A stretch of 64,000 nt of DNA from Octopus vulgaris (GCA_951406725.2 OX597815.1:139438001-139502000), one strand, 5' to 3'. Counted from the first letter of the stretch, positions 13,011 through 27,579 are shown. Program-made: numbers and translations. Notes: generated by a model not told the origin, from the sequence alone.

Positions 13011-16000
13011 TCATTTCTCCTTGTGGCAGTCAACCTAGGCGGAATTTGAACTCGGAACGTAAAGACAGACTAAATAACGCTAAGCCTTTTTCCCGGCGTG
13101 CTACCATCTCACTGCTTTCTCCGTCCTACAAATATTGGTTTCAAATAATAGGCACAAATTTAAGCACAAAGCCAACAAAGCCCTCGAAAGGACCAGAGCT
13201 AAAGTTAGCTGCGGCGGGGTTTGGTCTCAGAACGTATAAAGCCTGAACAAATACTGCAAAGCATTTTTATCGACGCTGTAACGATTTTGCCAATCCACCG
13301 TCTTAGTAAATGATTCTAATTTTAGTGTAAGGCCATTAATTTTGAGAAAAGACAGCTCGTCGACTAAATGAATGCCATCTACTTAAACTGGAACAAACAT
13401 CGTAGTGTATTTTTACCAATACCCTAAGGATTCTCCTAATCGTATTACCACAAAGACCCATTTATATATACATAAACTAGTTGCAAAAATATTTGAGGAT
13501 ATAGAAATTTATATAAAATCAAAGTTGTTTCAAAGATATTATACAATATATTGAGACATATAAAAAAATCCTTTTTACATTAACAAAAACCAAATTGCTA
13601 CCTTGCCTCATACAACTTAGGTGTCTCCATCTGCGTTTTCGCCAGTGCGAGATGGAGATGACCGGAAGTTATACTGTATTTTTCTTGACTAACTAGAATT
13701 TGGAAATTTGTATGAGGTCAGAAGTTTGTGCGACTGTGTGTATGATGCGTGCGCTAAATATTAGGGCAGTGTTAATCCACTGAGTGTCAAAGATAGAATG
13801 CTTGTTTATATATACAAACAAGTAATCTATCTCTCTATTTTTAGCTATTTTAGTAAGTTGCTATTCATATTATCACCTGATACATTCACTGGGTAAGACA
13901 GCCATTTTTTTTGGTGCAGTTACTATCCACACTGTCACGGGAGCTAATATGCGAATGTGGCGTGCAATTCTTAGTAATACTGCTTCATGACATATTCACG
14001 GCGCTAAGCAGTTTAACTTTTGTCGCACTCATCATTCAAACATTACCCTCTTATCTCATGCAATTTTCTAATTCCTATCAGAGTCGAGACAAATTCAGCA
14101 TAGCTATAGGTTCCTTCTTCTCACACTACTTTTGAAAATCATAGAATTGTGAAACCGGTTAAGAAAATGTGAATAAATCTTTTTGATATTCAACTTCTCT
14201 TCTTTTACACGTATATGTTAATGCATTTCAAGCTGGGCTACCAAGTGTACCAATGCTTGCTACGGATTTTAATGTTAGAGTATTCATAATTTTGTGATAC
14301 ACAACAATGATTAATAAAAAAGATAAGGTTTCTATATTTCTTACTTAAATATTTAATTTTTAAATAATCAGAATCACAAAATGCTGTGAAATTCGCTTTA
14401 ATCAAAATTCATTTCATGAGATGTCAAAAGTTTTGCCCACACATCTGTGACTTTGTCACTGACACAGTTCCTCTATAATTTTTGACACTATTAAAAACCA
14501 GTTCTATTTTTTGTGTTATTAAATGGTTAGAACAGCCTTTTACAACTAGAACACACAGTCTCAGATTAAATTACTTATTAGACCTGTACAACACCGAAAT
14601 AACTTTACAGCATTTCTTTTTATTTTGCAATGAGAATGCATCAGTAAGTTATTTAAATAATCTCCAGTGTCAAAATTGTGGTATATAAGCTTCCACAATC
14701 ACGAAATGTGATTTATTGTCTAGATCGGGCTGCATTGTCTTTAATATCAAGGAGTATTATCATATTGTTTCAGCATTGGAGCAGTATACTATACATATTG
14801 ATATTGAACATGTCTTAATATTGCCACTGCAATGTAGAGACTCTCTAATATTAAGGAGTGTAGTATGCCTTCGAATGCTTTAGGTAATCACTAGTTCTCA
14901 ATTAAGAGTAATTCATTCTCTGAACAATATGCCATGTTTAGTCTTTTCATAGTTTCAGTGTGTTCAGTTTTACCAATATTTGATTTTTCTTATTCCCTTT
15001 CTAATAACTTGTAAGTGATTTGGTTAAAATAATATAATTTTCTCCGTTTGCAGCCTGCCTAACTCTTTATAGTTATAAATGGCACAAGCTTTATATATAA
15101 CGTTGGACTACAGATGTTTTTCTTCTTTTGGTCTCTGATGTTTTCAATTCGAGGAATTAATATTCTTTTCCTCTCAAGTAACCAGTTGAGTGTTGATTCA
15201 AGTCTCTGTGGTAATTCATTGAATGCTGTTGTTGCTATGGCTTCGTGTATACCCGTTAAGATTCTTAACTAGAATTTAAAAACATCTCTTCTACTAGATG
15301 TCTTTATTGTGTTGTGAAGTTCCCACTGCTTATTTTGAATCGTGTTTATCATATTATTGCATTCGTCTTTTCTCTCTGTCTCTCTCTTTTTTTCTCTCTT
15401 TCTCTTCTTTACCTTGCATTATGTTTTTTATTTACTTTTCATTTCCCTCTCAATATGATGATTATATTTTTATTGTTATTGCTTTATCTTTCAACGTTGC
15501 TTTGTTTTAGTTGTTTTACTTCGTGTTTATTGCCAGTACACCGTTCTGATTAAAAACTACTCAATATATGCTTTTGTTTGCGCCTATTTCAGAACGTCTT
15601 TTATTTTTATTATCACTGGATAAGTATGAATATGTTTTGCATTTTGTAAGTTTTGTAGAATATATTTTCTCTTCCACTGTTTTTAGTGAGCAAGATGGGG
15701 TGGTTGCGCCTTCTGTTAATGGTGAACCCAATTTTATTCGATACTACCATGACTACTGCGCAAATTGGAATATATATTCTATTAATGGTCAGGTTTGCTT
15801 CTGGAAATTATTTACTGGAAAGCCTGTTGGGATTTGGCTATTATTTCTCGAAGATGTTTGTTTAATCGCAGCATGAGAAAATTCACCGTTTTATCCATGT
15901 TTATTGATCCTGTGCTCAGATCTCTCGTTATATTCATTGTTTCTGTTTCCCTATCGTTCGTAGTGAAAATTATGTTATAACGTTAGTTTTTATTCTTTTT

Positions 16001-17039
16001 TATTATGTGCAAGGTTGAGAGTGTAACATTGTTGTAGCTGCATATTCACATGCTTGTCTTCATTTGTTCAAGTCTGGCCATCATCTCCATTTTGGATTCC
16101 AATAGCAGACTTTTTCTTTTGTTATTTTAGTGATAGTAGTATTTTCTTTTCTGTGTGGTCGATTCTGTGGCTATTTTCTGTGTTGTGAATGTGCATGGGT
16201 TATTATTGTTGTTGTGCTACTACTGTTGTTGTTGCTTTTGTTGTTGTTGTTGTTGGAAGGGTGAAACAGTTGTTTTGTTACCACTGCTATTGGTGGTGTT
16301 GGTATTGTTGATGATGCTACTGCTGCTGTTTTTGTTGTTATGTGATCGTTGCTGACGGTTTTGGTTTTCTTTTTTTTTTTGTATATTGTTTGTCGCTACA
16401 ACACTTCTTGTTTGTGGAGTGTTAGTTATGATGCTGATACTGTTGTTGTTACCATAGTGGTTTTCGTTTAGTTCCCAGTGAACTGAACCACACAGATCTC
16501 ATGTGTTTGGGATGTGATGGTTTCTATTGTGCTTTTCCACTTGTTTATACGTCTTATAGATTTATGTTTGAATGCATCTAAAGTTCTATTCTTAGCGCAC
16601 TGTTTCTCTAGTCCTTATACTACTACATAAGTCAATATGTTTTATGTGCTCTTTTTACGAATGTTTGCGCTGTTTAGATATGTGTTTCAATGTATTTAGT
16701 AACTCTCCTAAGGAAATAATGACCTCAAATATATATAATTTTATATGTGGGGAAGAAAACACGACTTTGCTTTAATTTGATTTTTTTAATTAATAGTCTT
16801 TCTTATTTCGTTTTTAGATCAGTTTTATAAGATTCTTTATATGAGTTCGTGTGTTGAAGCATATTCTGTTGTGTCTGAGGAGAGACATTTTCTTTTTGTG
16901 CCTTATAATGTAACACACTCACCAGTAAAATTTCCACTTATTTCTTATTTTTATTTTCCTAAAATTTTCGTTGCATCTTGCAATCTTTTTAATAGTCTTG
17001 ACTCAATAGTCTTTTTTACGCATCTTTATATCTGATAGT

Positions 17040-18420
17040 TGTAATTTGTTTGGAACAATAAAGATTCAAAATTCATATTTATCAACGTTTCCAGGTTATT
17101 TCAACATCCTCTTCAGGGCATGGAGTGATGTCTTCTGTACTGTCTCTTTTTATAGTGGACGGCTTTGTTTCAGCAAACCTTAAGCCAGAATGTTGTTTAT
17201 GTAAACTTTATAGCCAGAAGATGACTGTTAGAACTTTGGAGATTCACGTCATCAGATTTATATCTTGTTCTTTATGATTCCATGTCACTAAATTATACTT
17301 TGATAATCACTGGTGCCGTTCTATCTTCCTGTGATGTGTGTGTTGTTTAGTTTGATAATTACGTCTTTTGATGAGATATAAGCATTGCTTCCATAATCAA
17401 TCATCTATGACTGTAGATATTTAAAAAGTATAGAAATATTATCTGTTAATATTTTTCTACCTGGATTTGTTTCATTGTGTGCTGTGTGTTGCAATTGCTC
17501 CTTATGCATGCATGTTCGGCCTGTAACAGAGTGTTCTACATGTCCAGTCAATGCAATGATTACAGTTGTGAAGTTTGTAAGTATCGCTTTAACAATCAAC
17601 TTCATACTAGTTGTAGTATACAAATCAGACGACGGTGAAAATATAAGACGGGTTTAGAGAGCAACTCAATACTAACATTCCAGATTGAAAACAATATTAA
17701 TATGTACATCATTTACATTATTTACAGTTGACGGATTTTTCCCTCATCTTATTTGTTGTTAACACAACGTTTCGGCTGATATACTCTCCAACCTTCATTA
17801 GGTGTCTTGGGGAAATTTCGAACCTGGGTTCTCATTCCTAAGGTATTTTTCGATAATAATGACATTAAAAAATACCTTAGGAATGAGAACCCAGGTTCGA
17901 AATTTCTCCAAGACACCTGATGAAGGCTGGAGGGTATATCAGCCGAAACGTTGTGTTAACAACAAACAAGATGAGGACAAATATCCGTCAAGTGTAAATA
18001 ATGTACATAATTCCTCATCTCTTAAATATAGAACTGAATAATATGACTCCATTGCTGGACATAAACAGATTAAAAGCAACAGCTATATTGCATCATTATA
18101 CACAAAATACACAAATAAATGCATATACCTATACGTAGACATCAAATGTCCATATGCCAACAAAATGTCAGTGGTAAAAACCACTTCTTAAGAGACTATT
18201 TAGATTCTCTTTCACAAATAAAACGCAAGGTAAATAAATTCATCCAATAAACACTAATCAACAAATGGATATTCAAATTCAAACTAGTTGACCAAGCGAC
18301 AAAAATATAATGCAACAAATACATTAGACAATTCTTCTACTAAAAATAAACACATTACGTACAAAAAGTACACTATGGATAAAATACATGTTAGGTATAG
18401 ATCACAAAAACGTATAATAA
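17040..18420 (-). mobile_element. Old Penelope-like element: endonuclease, 3' UTR and HHR on minus; inverted RT fragment on plus
   Basis: Minus: ...HKEQ...NISIL...RLIMEAMLI (GIY-YIG-like end) then CTGAAGA...GAAACGTTG at 17083-17116. Plus: ESNSILTFQIENN..PLLDI...SLYTKYTNKCIYLYVDIKCPYANKMSVVK, resembling the PLE RT thumb. Confidence 0.55.
17701..18037 (+). mobile_element. Palindromic PLE pseudo-LTR module with hammerhead
   Basis: ~145-bp inverted arms (17701-17849 / 17866-18010); HHR 17912-17957: GACAC-CTGATGA-A-GGCTG..CAGCC-GAAA-CG-TT-GTGTT; the left-arm core is mutated to CTAATGA. Confidence 0.8.
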
Positions 18421-19796
18421 TTTAATTAGGGTTTTTTTTATTAAAGATATTTTATATTTCTTTATCAATCATTTATGTCTTGTTCAATAGCGTTGTGTCT
18501 ATTGACGTTTCAAAACCATCTTGACCTCAGTTTCTGAATGAAATGATAGAAGTAACGCTTGATGCCGCGACATGTAGTAAGCAACAAAGTTTCGAGCAAA
18601 TGATTTTGAATGTGATAAAAATCAGATTTAAGATTATTCATTAGTTAACTCCCGATTACTTTCTTAGTTTATTTCCTGAACGTGTATCTGAATGTTAATG
18701 CAAAATTGTTTTTTAAATGCTTGTATTTTGATAGTAATAAATCTTCCATAAGTAATCTTATATTTTTTATGAAATTCAATATAAGATGTTTGTGTTCTCA
18801 ATTTATGATTCTCTCTCTCATTCTGTTGTGTACTCTGTATTACAAGGCACTGCATAATCTCTTGGTAAATTCACGATCAGCCGACGCGGGAATGTCGCAG
18901 GAATGTGTGCGATGTAGCAGTTTTAGTCATGAAATTTACGACTTTCACGTTGACATTAAAATTAGGGCTGTTAACAGGGTTTCTTACCCAGTTTTTGAAA
19001 TCTATTCTAATTATGCGTTTGTGATCAGTTGTGATCCATGTGTAATTCAGTTTTATAAATATGTTTCTTTGAAAATATTTTCATCTATCCGTAAAGAGGC
19101 TCTTATTTGTAATTTTTCTGGGTTTTATATGTCCTATATTTATGTGGGAGAATTTATCCTTGTTTTATTCAATGGTAGAAGTAGGCGAATCAGAGAATTG
19201 GGTCATTTGAAATATTTTATGTCTAATGGGTGTTGCCGACGTGTAAAGAAAATGAAACCGAAAGCATACAAGTGATTAGAAAAAGTACATTTTAAAAAGA
19301 ATGTAACGTCAAGTAATGAAATTAAGGAACCGTTTCACAGTTAATGACTTAAAAATTCATCATGTATTACTGGTGCTTGGGCAAGAGTTAAAATATCTTA
19401 AACTTGACTTGCACCAGTACCCATGGAGTGATTTTTGTATCAACAAGCTTACTTGCGTTCCTCAACGAACAAGTATTTTTGTCCCTCACTTCTTTCTTAA
19501 AAATCAATTATTCATGTTAACTACACAATGACAGTATATGAAACGCTGTTAGACTCTGTATAACCATTAGAAAGGCGAAGACATTTACATCTTAATATAT
19601 CGCACCTGGGAGAAACTTTCTTCTTTTTACCGTATGAAGTACTTTCATTTTTTCATATTAATGTAAATCATTGATTAATTTGAGACTGCTACACAAATAT
19701 AATTTTTGTTCCAGTTTTTGACACTAAATTTTATTGTTTGCTTATCAAAGTTAGCTAAAGAGAACAAATAATTCTTGTATGCAACGCAACATAAAG

Positions 19797-19841
19797 CCCG
19801 CGACCGGATCTGGCCCGCGGGTAGTAGTTCGCTGACCCCTA
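19797..19841. mobile_element. hAT/Charlie-type terminal sequence
   Basis: Reverse complement AGGGGTCAGCGAACTACTACCCGCGGGCCAGATCCGG resembles MER58/Charlie-like ends; partner end not located. Confidence 0.55.
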
Positions 19842-21172
19842 TTCCGTGACATGGTTAAGTAACATGGTCGAGCGTATTTGTTCTTAAGATTTCCTGCTCA
19901 CATATCTAAGATGCTGTTGCTGCTCTATACAAAAGCTTCTTAGGCGACATTAAAAAATGTCATTCGGTTTATAAGTAAAAAGCCATTCGCCAATCCGCTA
20001 CAACTATTGATTTACAAATCTGTGGTATTCATTACCTTCTTTCTCTTACAAAAATGTTATCTGCTCCTCTTTACTAACAATATATCACTTCCATTGCACT
20101 CCCCTACTAGATGTGCTCTTATCCTCCTCTCAGCTCACACACTGAAGTGTTTCACCCCTCCCCTATTTATCACTCCAAACTCTTCGCCAAATATTTTTTA
20201 TATTTACAATTACATTTCCTCCCATCGTTATATATTTCCTGCAGGCGTTCACCTAAAAAAGTTCAGATGAAATATCAACCATGTGGATATCACCATTCAG
20301 TGACGAGGTGGTGGGGTCTACAAAGGTCAAAGAGGCTGCCGCTTCTTTGAATAATGTTAAAACAAAAAAGCACATAGAAATAGAAACTATCGACCAAGAA
20401 ACACAAAACATACAATGAATGGAAGGTTGATGTAAAAGTTTGTTAGTTATTTTTTTTTCTATCGGTGACAACAAAAACAGCAGCAGTGCAGCAACAACAC
20501 CAACAAGAATGAAAGCAACAACAAGAATTGTGATATAACAAAAAGAAAAAAAAAGGCAAAACGTCAATAACTGAAATGTTGTCCTCGTCTTTACAAACCA
20601 TTTGTTGCTTGGCTTTTTACAACCTTACAGATAATCTAATTCCATTTCTTGCTCTTGCCAAACTGTCCGAATTAATCCAATTCTCTTTTCTAGTTACATT
20701 GACAGCGCAGCTTCTAGCTAATTCTCTCCCTCTTCCCACTTATATATATTTTCTCTCTCTCTCTCTCTCACTCTCTCTCCCTCACTCTCTCTCTCTCTCT
20801 CTCTCTCAATCTCTCTCTCTCTCTCCCACACATTATGCATCTCCTTCTCTATCACTTGTCTCTTGTCTCTTTTTTTTATATATTTCTGTAATTTACTTTA
20901 CCTTTCTTATCTCACTATCTTGTTCACTTCTTTTACTCTTTTATATTTGAACAATTCTTCTTCTTCTTCTTCTTCTTCTTCTTCTTCTTCTTCTTCTTCT
21001 TCTTCTTCTTCTTCTTCTTCTTCTTCTTCTTCTTCTTCTCCTCCTCCTCCTTCTCTCTCTCTCTCATTTATTTATCTCTGTTTATCTCTCAATATAACTA
21101 TCAATTTACCCACGTGTCCATTTACCTATCTCCTTGTCGATTTATTTATCTATCTATGTGTATGTATGTATG

Positions 21173-21248
<76 letters not shown>

Positions 21249-21251
<3 letters not shown>

Positions 21252-23306
21252 GTCCACACCCCTCGCACTCCTACAATTTACTTCCTCCCCAAGATCCACA
21301 AACCTAACAACCCTGGCCGCTTCATCGTCTCCGCCTGTAACTGCCCCACCGAACTCATCTCCAGTTATCTTAACCGTGTCCTTGCCCCCTAGTCGATTCC
21401 CTCTCCTCTCATATCCATGACACCAGCCATGCTCTTCGTTTGTTCGACTCTTTCTCCTTCCTTCCTGGCCCCTCTAAACTTTTCTTCATTCGTGACATCG
21501 AGAGTCTATACACGGTGATCCCTCACCACGAGGGGCTGCGTGCACTCCAACATTTCCTTGACCTTCGACCCAACCCCCAACCTGACACATCCGCACTCCT
21601 TCGTCAGGCCAAACTTGTCCTCTCATGTAACTGCTTCTCGTTCGCGGGTGATTTTTACCAGCAGTTCTCGAGGTTAGCCATGGGAACGAGAATGAGCTCC
21701 AACTATGCGAACCTATTCGTTGGTTAAGTTGAGGCCCAAATATTCTCAAGTGTCACTGGTCCCACTCCTGAACTATACGGTAATTATACTGACGACTGTT
21801 TCAGTGCGACCTCACTCTCCCGTGTACATCTAGACTCCTTCCTCTCTTTTGTCCAATCTTTCCATCCTGCCCTCCACTTCTCCTGCACTATTTCCGACAC
21901 CTCGGCTACCCTCTCGACATTTCAGTAGCATTCATCACTCCACTCTTACCACCTCTATCCACTACAAACACACAGACTCACACTCTTACCTCAACTTCTC
22001 CTCCTCACATACCAAGCTCTCTATCCCCTATTCCCAATTCCTTTGTCTACGCAGGCTCTGTAGTGACAACCATGACTTTGAGACTCAGTCTTAACTCATG
22101 GTTCTCCACTTCATCCTACGTGGATATACCCTCACCAGTATCCACACCGCCCTTGCCAGAGAACGTTCTGTAAACCATGCATCTGCTCTTTTCCCCTGTA
22201 CCCGCCCCGCCGTCACCCGTCTCCCGTTTCCCCTCACCTACCACACCAACACCCTACCTCTCCAACGCACCATTCTCCGAGCTTTCCGGCTTCGTCAGTC
22301 CGACCCCCCCCCACATCAGACATCTTCCCTAACCGACTCCTCCCCTCATTCAAACGAGCCCACAACCTACGAGAGCTCTTAGCCCAGAGTTTTCCCTAAC
22401 CCAACCTCCCAACACGGCTGGTTCCCCTGCTCCCGCCCACGCTGTCGCACTTGCCCTTACCTCTCCAATACCACCCTCCTCACAGGCACCCATCATCGAC
22501 CCTTTAATATCACTGACACCTTCATCGGCACTTCTAGCAACATCATCTCCTCCGTCGTTACCTCACCCCTACACATTCCATAGCCAAATAATCCTACACA
22601 TCCCATCCCTTCACTCCTACTCACCTTCTGCCTTCAACCCTCTCTCTTCATCGTCACCCCTCCCTCTTTACCTCAACCCTACACATTCTAACCCCACCAT
22701 CCCTATACATCCCATCCCACCCCCACCCATATCTTATACCCCCGCCCTTGCTTCCCCCACTCTCGCCTCTCCCACATCCCAACACCTCCACACCACACAC
22801 CACCACAGCACCACACCACAAACCACCATCCCGCACACCACCATACCACACCATATAACACTTCCCCGCACACACTAGCACTGACCACTTCCTACCACCC
22901 GCACCAGCGCACACACTAGCACTGATCACTTGCCAACACCTACACCATCATCCACACACCTACACATGCACACATGCACACGTCAAGGTCACCAGTCCCC
23001 TTCTACACGCACATACACGGTCTCACACACGCACGTACATCTTCGTAGTGGGATCGTCACTACTTTATTATCTTCCCTTCTTCCCAGCTCTCCCATGTGA
23101 CCACTCTGTCCGGCATTCGCCATGATAGATCACTAGCCACTAAACCTTTTCTTTTTTCCCTCCCTATTTATTTCTGTGTTTCTTTCTGTCGAAGAGCGTA
23201 GGCTTTCTAACGTAAAAGACTTTCTAACTTCCCGAGCGTTAAACTAATACATCCGTTTGTTGTTTATACAACCGTCCTACGTCTTTTGTTTTATGTAAAT
23301 TCTCAA
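21249..23306 (+). mobile_element. Decayed 5'-truncated Penelope-like retroelement (RT, Cys linker, start of GIY-YIG, C-rich 3' region)
   Basis: PRTPTIYFLPKIHKPNNPGRFIVSACNCPTE; SLYTVIPH; LAMGTRMSSNYANLFVG; YTDDCF; YKHTDSHSYL; SIPYSQFLCLRRLCS; CSRPRCRTC. Stops and frameshifts present; (TA)n on both sides. Confidence 0.92.
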
Positions 23307-23590
23307 TATGTATATATATATAGATATATATATATATATTTAGCAATTAAGGACAACTTCTTAATAAGGAAAACTTAACAAGAAATTATCGGGTAGATAG
23401 CGTGAAAAATCTCATAAGAGAAAAAATTTCGAAAATAATTCTTTCTTATTGAACATATTAAATTTATATATAGAGGGCATTATTATACATACATGCCACA
23501 CGCTAAGAGGGACAAAATTAGTCATTTCTACCAAAAATTTTACTAATCCCACCGAATGCAATTTTTCAAAGTAAGACATTTAAAAATATG

Positions 23591-23637
23591 GACTTGTATC
23601 ACCTGTGATTTCATACCTCTGTATTCATCAGCAAGTC
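23591..23637 (-). ncRNA. Canonical type-I hammerhead ribozyme (family B)
   Basis: GACTTG-CTGATGA-ATAC-AGAG-GTAT-GAAA-TCAC-AG-GTGA-TA-CAAGTC on the minus strand. Confidence 0.9.
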
Positions 23638-23934
23638 TGGACGCATCATAAATAAACGACCCTACATCGTCAAAGCCGGGCAGCCAACTGACCAACATCA
23701 ACGACGCACATGGGTTAGTTTACATATATTACATCCGGTAAATGGCAGACTTTTACGAATTGCATTTCGGGAAAGGAAAAGTTTTTTCGGAATAAAAATT
23801 TAGCAATTAAGGACAACTTCTTAATAAGGAAAACTTAACAAGAAATTATCGGGTAGATAGCGTGAAAAACCTCATAAGAGAAAAAATTTCGAAAATAATT
23901 CTTTCTTATTGAACATTTATTTATGATACGTCCA

Positions 23935-23981
23935 GACTTGCTGATGAATACAGAAGTATGAAATCACAGGTGATACAAGTC
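23935..23981 (+). ncRNA. Canonical type-I hammerhead ribozyme (family B, inverted arm)
   Basis: GACTTG-CTGATGA-ATAC-AGAA-GTAT-GAAA-TCAC-AG-GTGA-TA-CAAGTC; all three stems fully paired. Confidence 0.9.
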
Positions 23982-24104
23982 CATATTTTTAAATGTCTTA
24001 CTTTGAAAAATTGCATTCGGTGGGATTAGTAAAATTTTTGGTAGAAATGACTAATTTTGTCCCTCTTAGCGTGTGGCATGTATGTATAATAATGCCCTCT
24101 ATAT

Positions 24105-24174
<70 letters not shown>

Positions 24175-24178
24175 TATA

Positions 24179-24750
24179 TTTAATTTAAAAATAAGGATAA
24201 AATCTTTATAAGAAATTATCAGTAGTTAGCGTGAAAAACCTCGTAAGAGAAAAAATCTGTAAATTTTTCCACTTTGAAAATATTTGTTTATATTATATAG
24301 AGGGTACTATTATTCATAGGTACCGCACGCTAGGAGGGACTTTTGCAGTCAAAACTACTAAAATAAACAAATTGTAGCGAATGCAAAACTTCAAAGCAAG
24401 TCATTTAAAAACAGAATTTAGTTACATATCACCTGTGATTTCGCAATCAATGCAGAATATGCATTCTATGCTCTTCAGTGCAGCGAACTCAAGACATATA
24501 AGAAAAAACACAACATTACATACCCGACAGCCAACTGTAGAATTCGCCGCAGCATGTACGAATGTTTATCTTTACATATCTATGAAAATGGCGGGCTTAT
24601 TCGCAATGCATTTCGGTAACAACTTGCCTACTCGGAACAAAAATTCGGTATTGAACTATTCCGGTGAAAAATATAAATTTAAAAATAAGGATAAAATCTT
24701 TATAAGAAATTATCAGTAGTTAGCGTGAAAAACCTCGTAAGAGAAAAAAA
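24179..24750 (-). mobile_element. Non-coding hammerhead retroelement family A, ~1.15-mer
   Basis: ~75-bp direct repeat 24182-24256 / 24676-24750 (period ~494); HHR on minus at 24421-24484; (TA)n on both sides. Confidence 0.85.
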
Positions 24751-24819
24751 TATATATATATATAACTATCTATTCATCTTTCTATTTATCTCTCCGTGGA
24801 TCGCTAAACTAAATCTCAA

Positions 24820-24855
<36 letters not shown>

Positions 24856-24870
24856 TATATATATATATAT

Positions 24871-25031
24871 CGTGGCTGTGTGGTAAGAAAGTGGCTTCCC
24901 AAACACATGGTTTCGGGGTTCCGGGTTCAATCCCACTGCGTGGCTCCTTGGATAGGTGTCTTCTACTATAGCCTCGGGCCGACCAAAGCCTTATGAGTGG
25001 ATTTGGTAGAGGGAATCTGAAAGAAGCTGTC

Positions 25032-25100
<69 letters not shown>

Positions 25101-25322
25101 TGTATGTATGTATGTATGTTTGTGTGTGTGTGTCCCACCACTATCGCTTAACAGCCGATGTTGGTGTGTTCACGTCCCCGTAACTTAGCGGTTCGGCAAA
25201 AGAGACCGATAGAATAAGTACTAGGCTTACAAAGAATAAGTTCTGGGTCGATTTGTTTGACTAAAAGGTGGTGCTTCATCATGGCTGCAGTCAAATGATT
25301 GATATAAAAAAAAGAATAAGAG
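24871..25322 (+). mobile_element. SINE family 1
   Basis: Matches 48769-49169, with an expanded internal (TA)n(TATG)n. Confidence 0.85.
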
Positions 25323-25368
25323 AAAAAAAGAATATCTATTTATCCATCCGGATATCTATCTATGTTTC

Positions 25369-25439
<71 letters not shown>

Positions 25440-26064
25440 ATGTATGTATGTATATATCCATATATTCAACTACCAACGTAGCTTTCAACCTATTTTTTTT
25501 CTATCCAAATATATTTCTATTCACCTATTCATATATCCATGCATAGCTATACTTATCTATCTATCTATCTGTCTGTCTGTCTATCTATCTATCTAACTAT
25601 TTGCCTTTCTTTCTTTCCATCTATTTATTTATTCATTCATTTATCTATTAACTACTTGCAGCTAGCACCTTTACCTCTGAAAACAAATTTGATCAATATT
25701 CTTATAAAAATCCTTGTTTCCATCCTACCACCCGACACATCTTTCTTCTACACATTAACACTAAGCCTTTACTCATACATTCCTGTTCCACACAAAAGTT
25801 CCCCTTGACATATTTCATCACAGATATTCATATGCAAACCATTTCCTTATTACATTTTGCTCTGATATTCTTATATCTCCCTTTATATTCACATATACTC
25901 ATATACTCATCTTTCGAATACGTCGCTTTTTTTGCCTCCTTGCTTTCAATGAAATGATTTTCCAATGTAAGCATATTCTATTGCCTCATGTTATTCTGAT
26001 AGTAAGAAATGAAAAGTAAACCTTTCTACCTAACACCTTAAAAGCTTCCTCCGCATGTATAATA

Positions 26065-26741
<677 letters not shown>

Positions 26742-27501
26742 ACTTCGCACTGGAAGGTTTTTCACAATACTGCAAGATTATATGGATGATTTTCCGATGT
26801 TGTACAAGTATAAGTGAGCTAGTACAAGAGACTAGTACAAGAGAATTGGCACTAGTAAAAAGGTTCTGCAGTTACATGCAGTGATTTCATACAGTGACAA
26901 AAAATATGAAACTTGAGCAGAAGCGTATAATCAATTGGATCGAGTTCTGACAATTTGTTTTCACGATCAAAACTCAGAGCCTTTAGTTTCGAAAACAAAT
27001 CTGCGACACATTGCATTTAGTCTGGGTCTCTATCAACCATTCTAAATTAACCCGTAATATTAATGAAACACGTATTTCATGTAATCAGTTCATTACAAAG
27101 AATTTGGGACTAAGTAGCCACTGGAAAGCAGAGACGTAACATAAATTTAATCATACCTTCGTTTATATTTATATGGACAATGATCAAAGCCTAGTTATCT
27201 ACTCCAAACCTGATTTATAAAACTATAAAGCCAAGATTATAAAGTCGTCAAGAATCTGAAGTGCCTGCTCCACTACGGTGAATCTCAGGTTAAGTATGGT
27301 TTAGTAGTCTTTCTTGGCGCCAGATATTTAAAGTAAATCTATGAACGGAAATGGAACTTCAAAGAGGACAGTTGTGGTCATTTATATAATATGCAGTTAT
27401 ATGATCGTATGTGGGTCTAGAGGAGAAAATATATGGTTGTATGTGGAATAAGAGTAACTGAATCAACGCTGTTAAATATAAACTATATATCAATATCTAT
27501 A

Positions 27502-27557
<56 letters not shown>

Positions 27558-27579
27558 CATACATACATACATACATAAA

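Larger units (their letters stand above)
23339..24107 (-). mobile_element. Non-coding hammerhead retroelement family B (relative of A) with direct repeats and an inverted 5' arm
   Basis: 118-bp direct repeat 23339-23456 / 23799-23916 (period 460); 23917-24107 is an inverted copy of ~23461-23655; (TA)n flanks. Confidence 0.82.

Noticed and set aside
13700-16700. Strand-biased region suggestive of an old minus-strand retroelement
   Set aside because: No diagnostic protein motif could be read with confidence
18682-19275. 197-aa ORF
   Set aside because: Non-ATG start, AT-rich composition, no recognisable motif; may be decayed transposon sequence near the hAT end but not supportable
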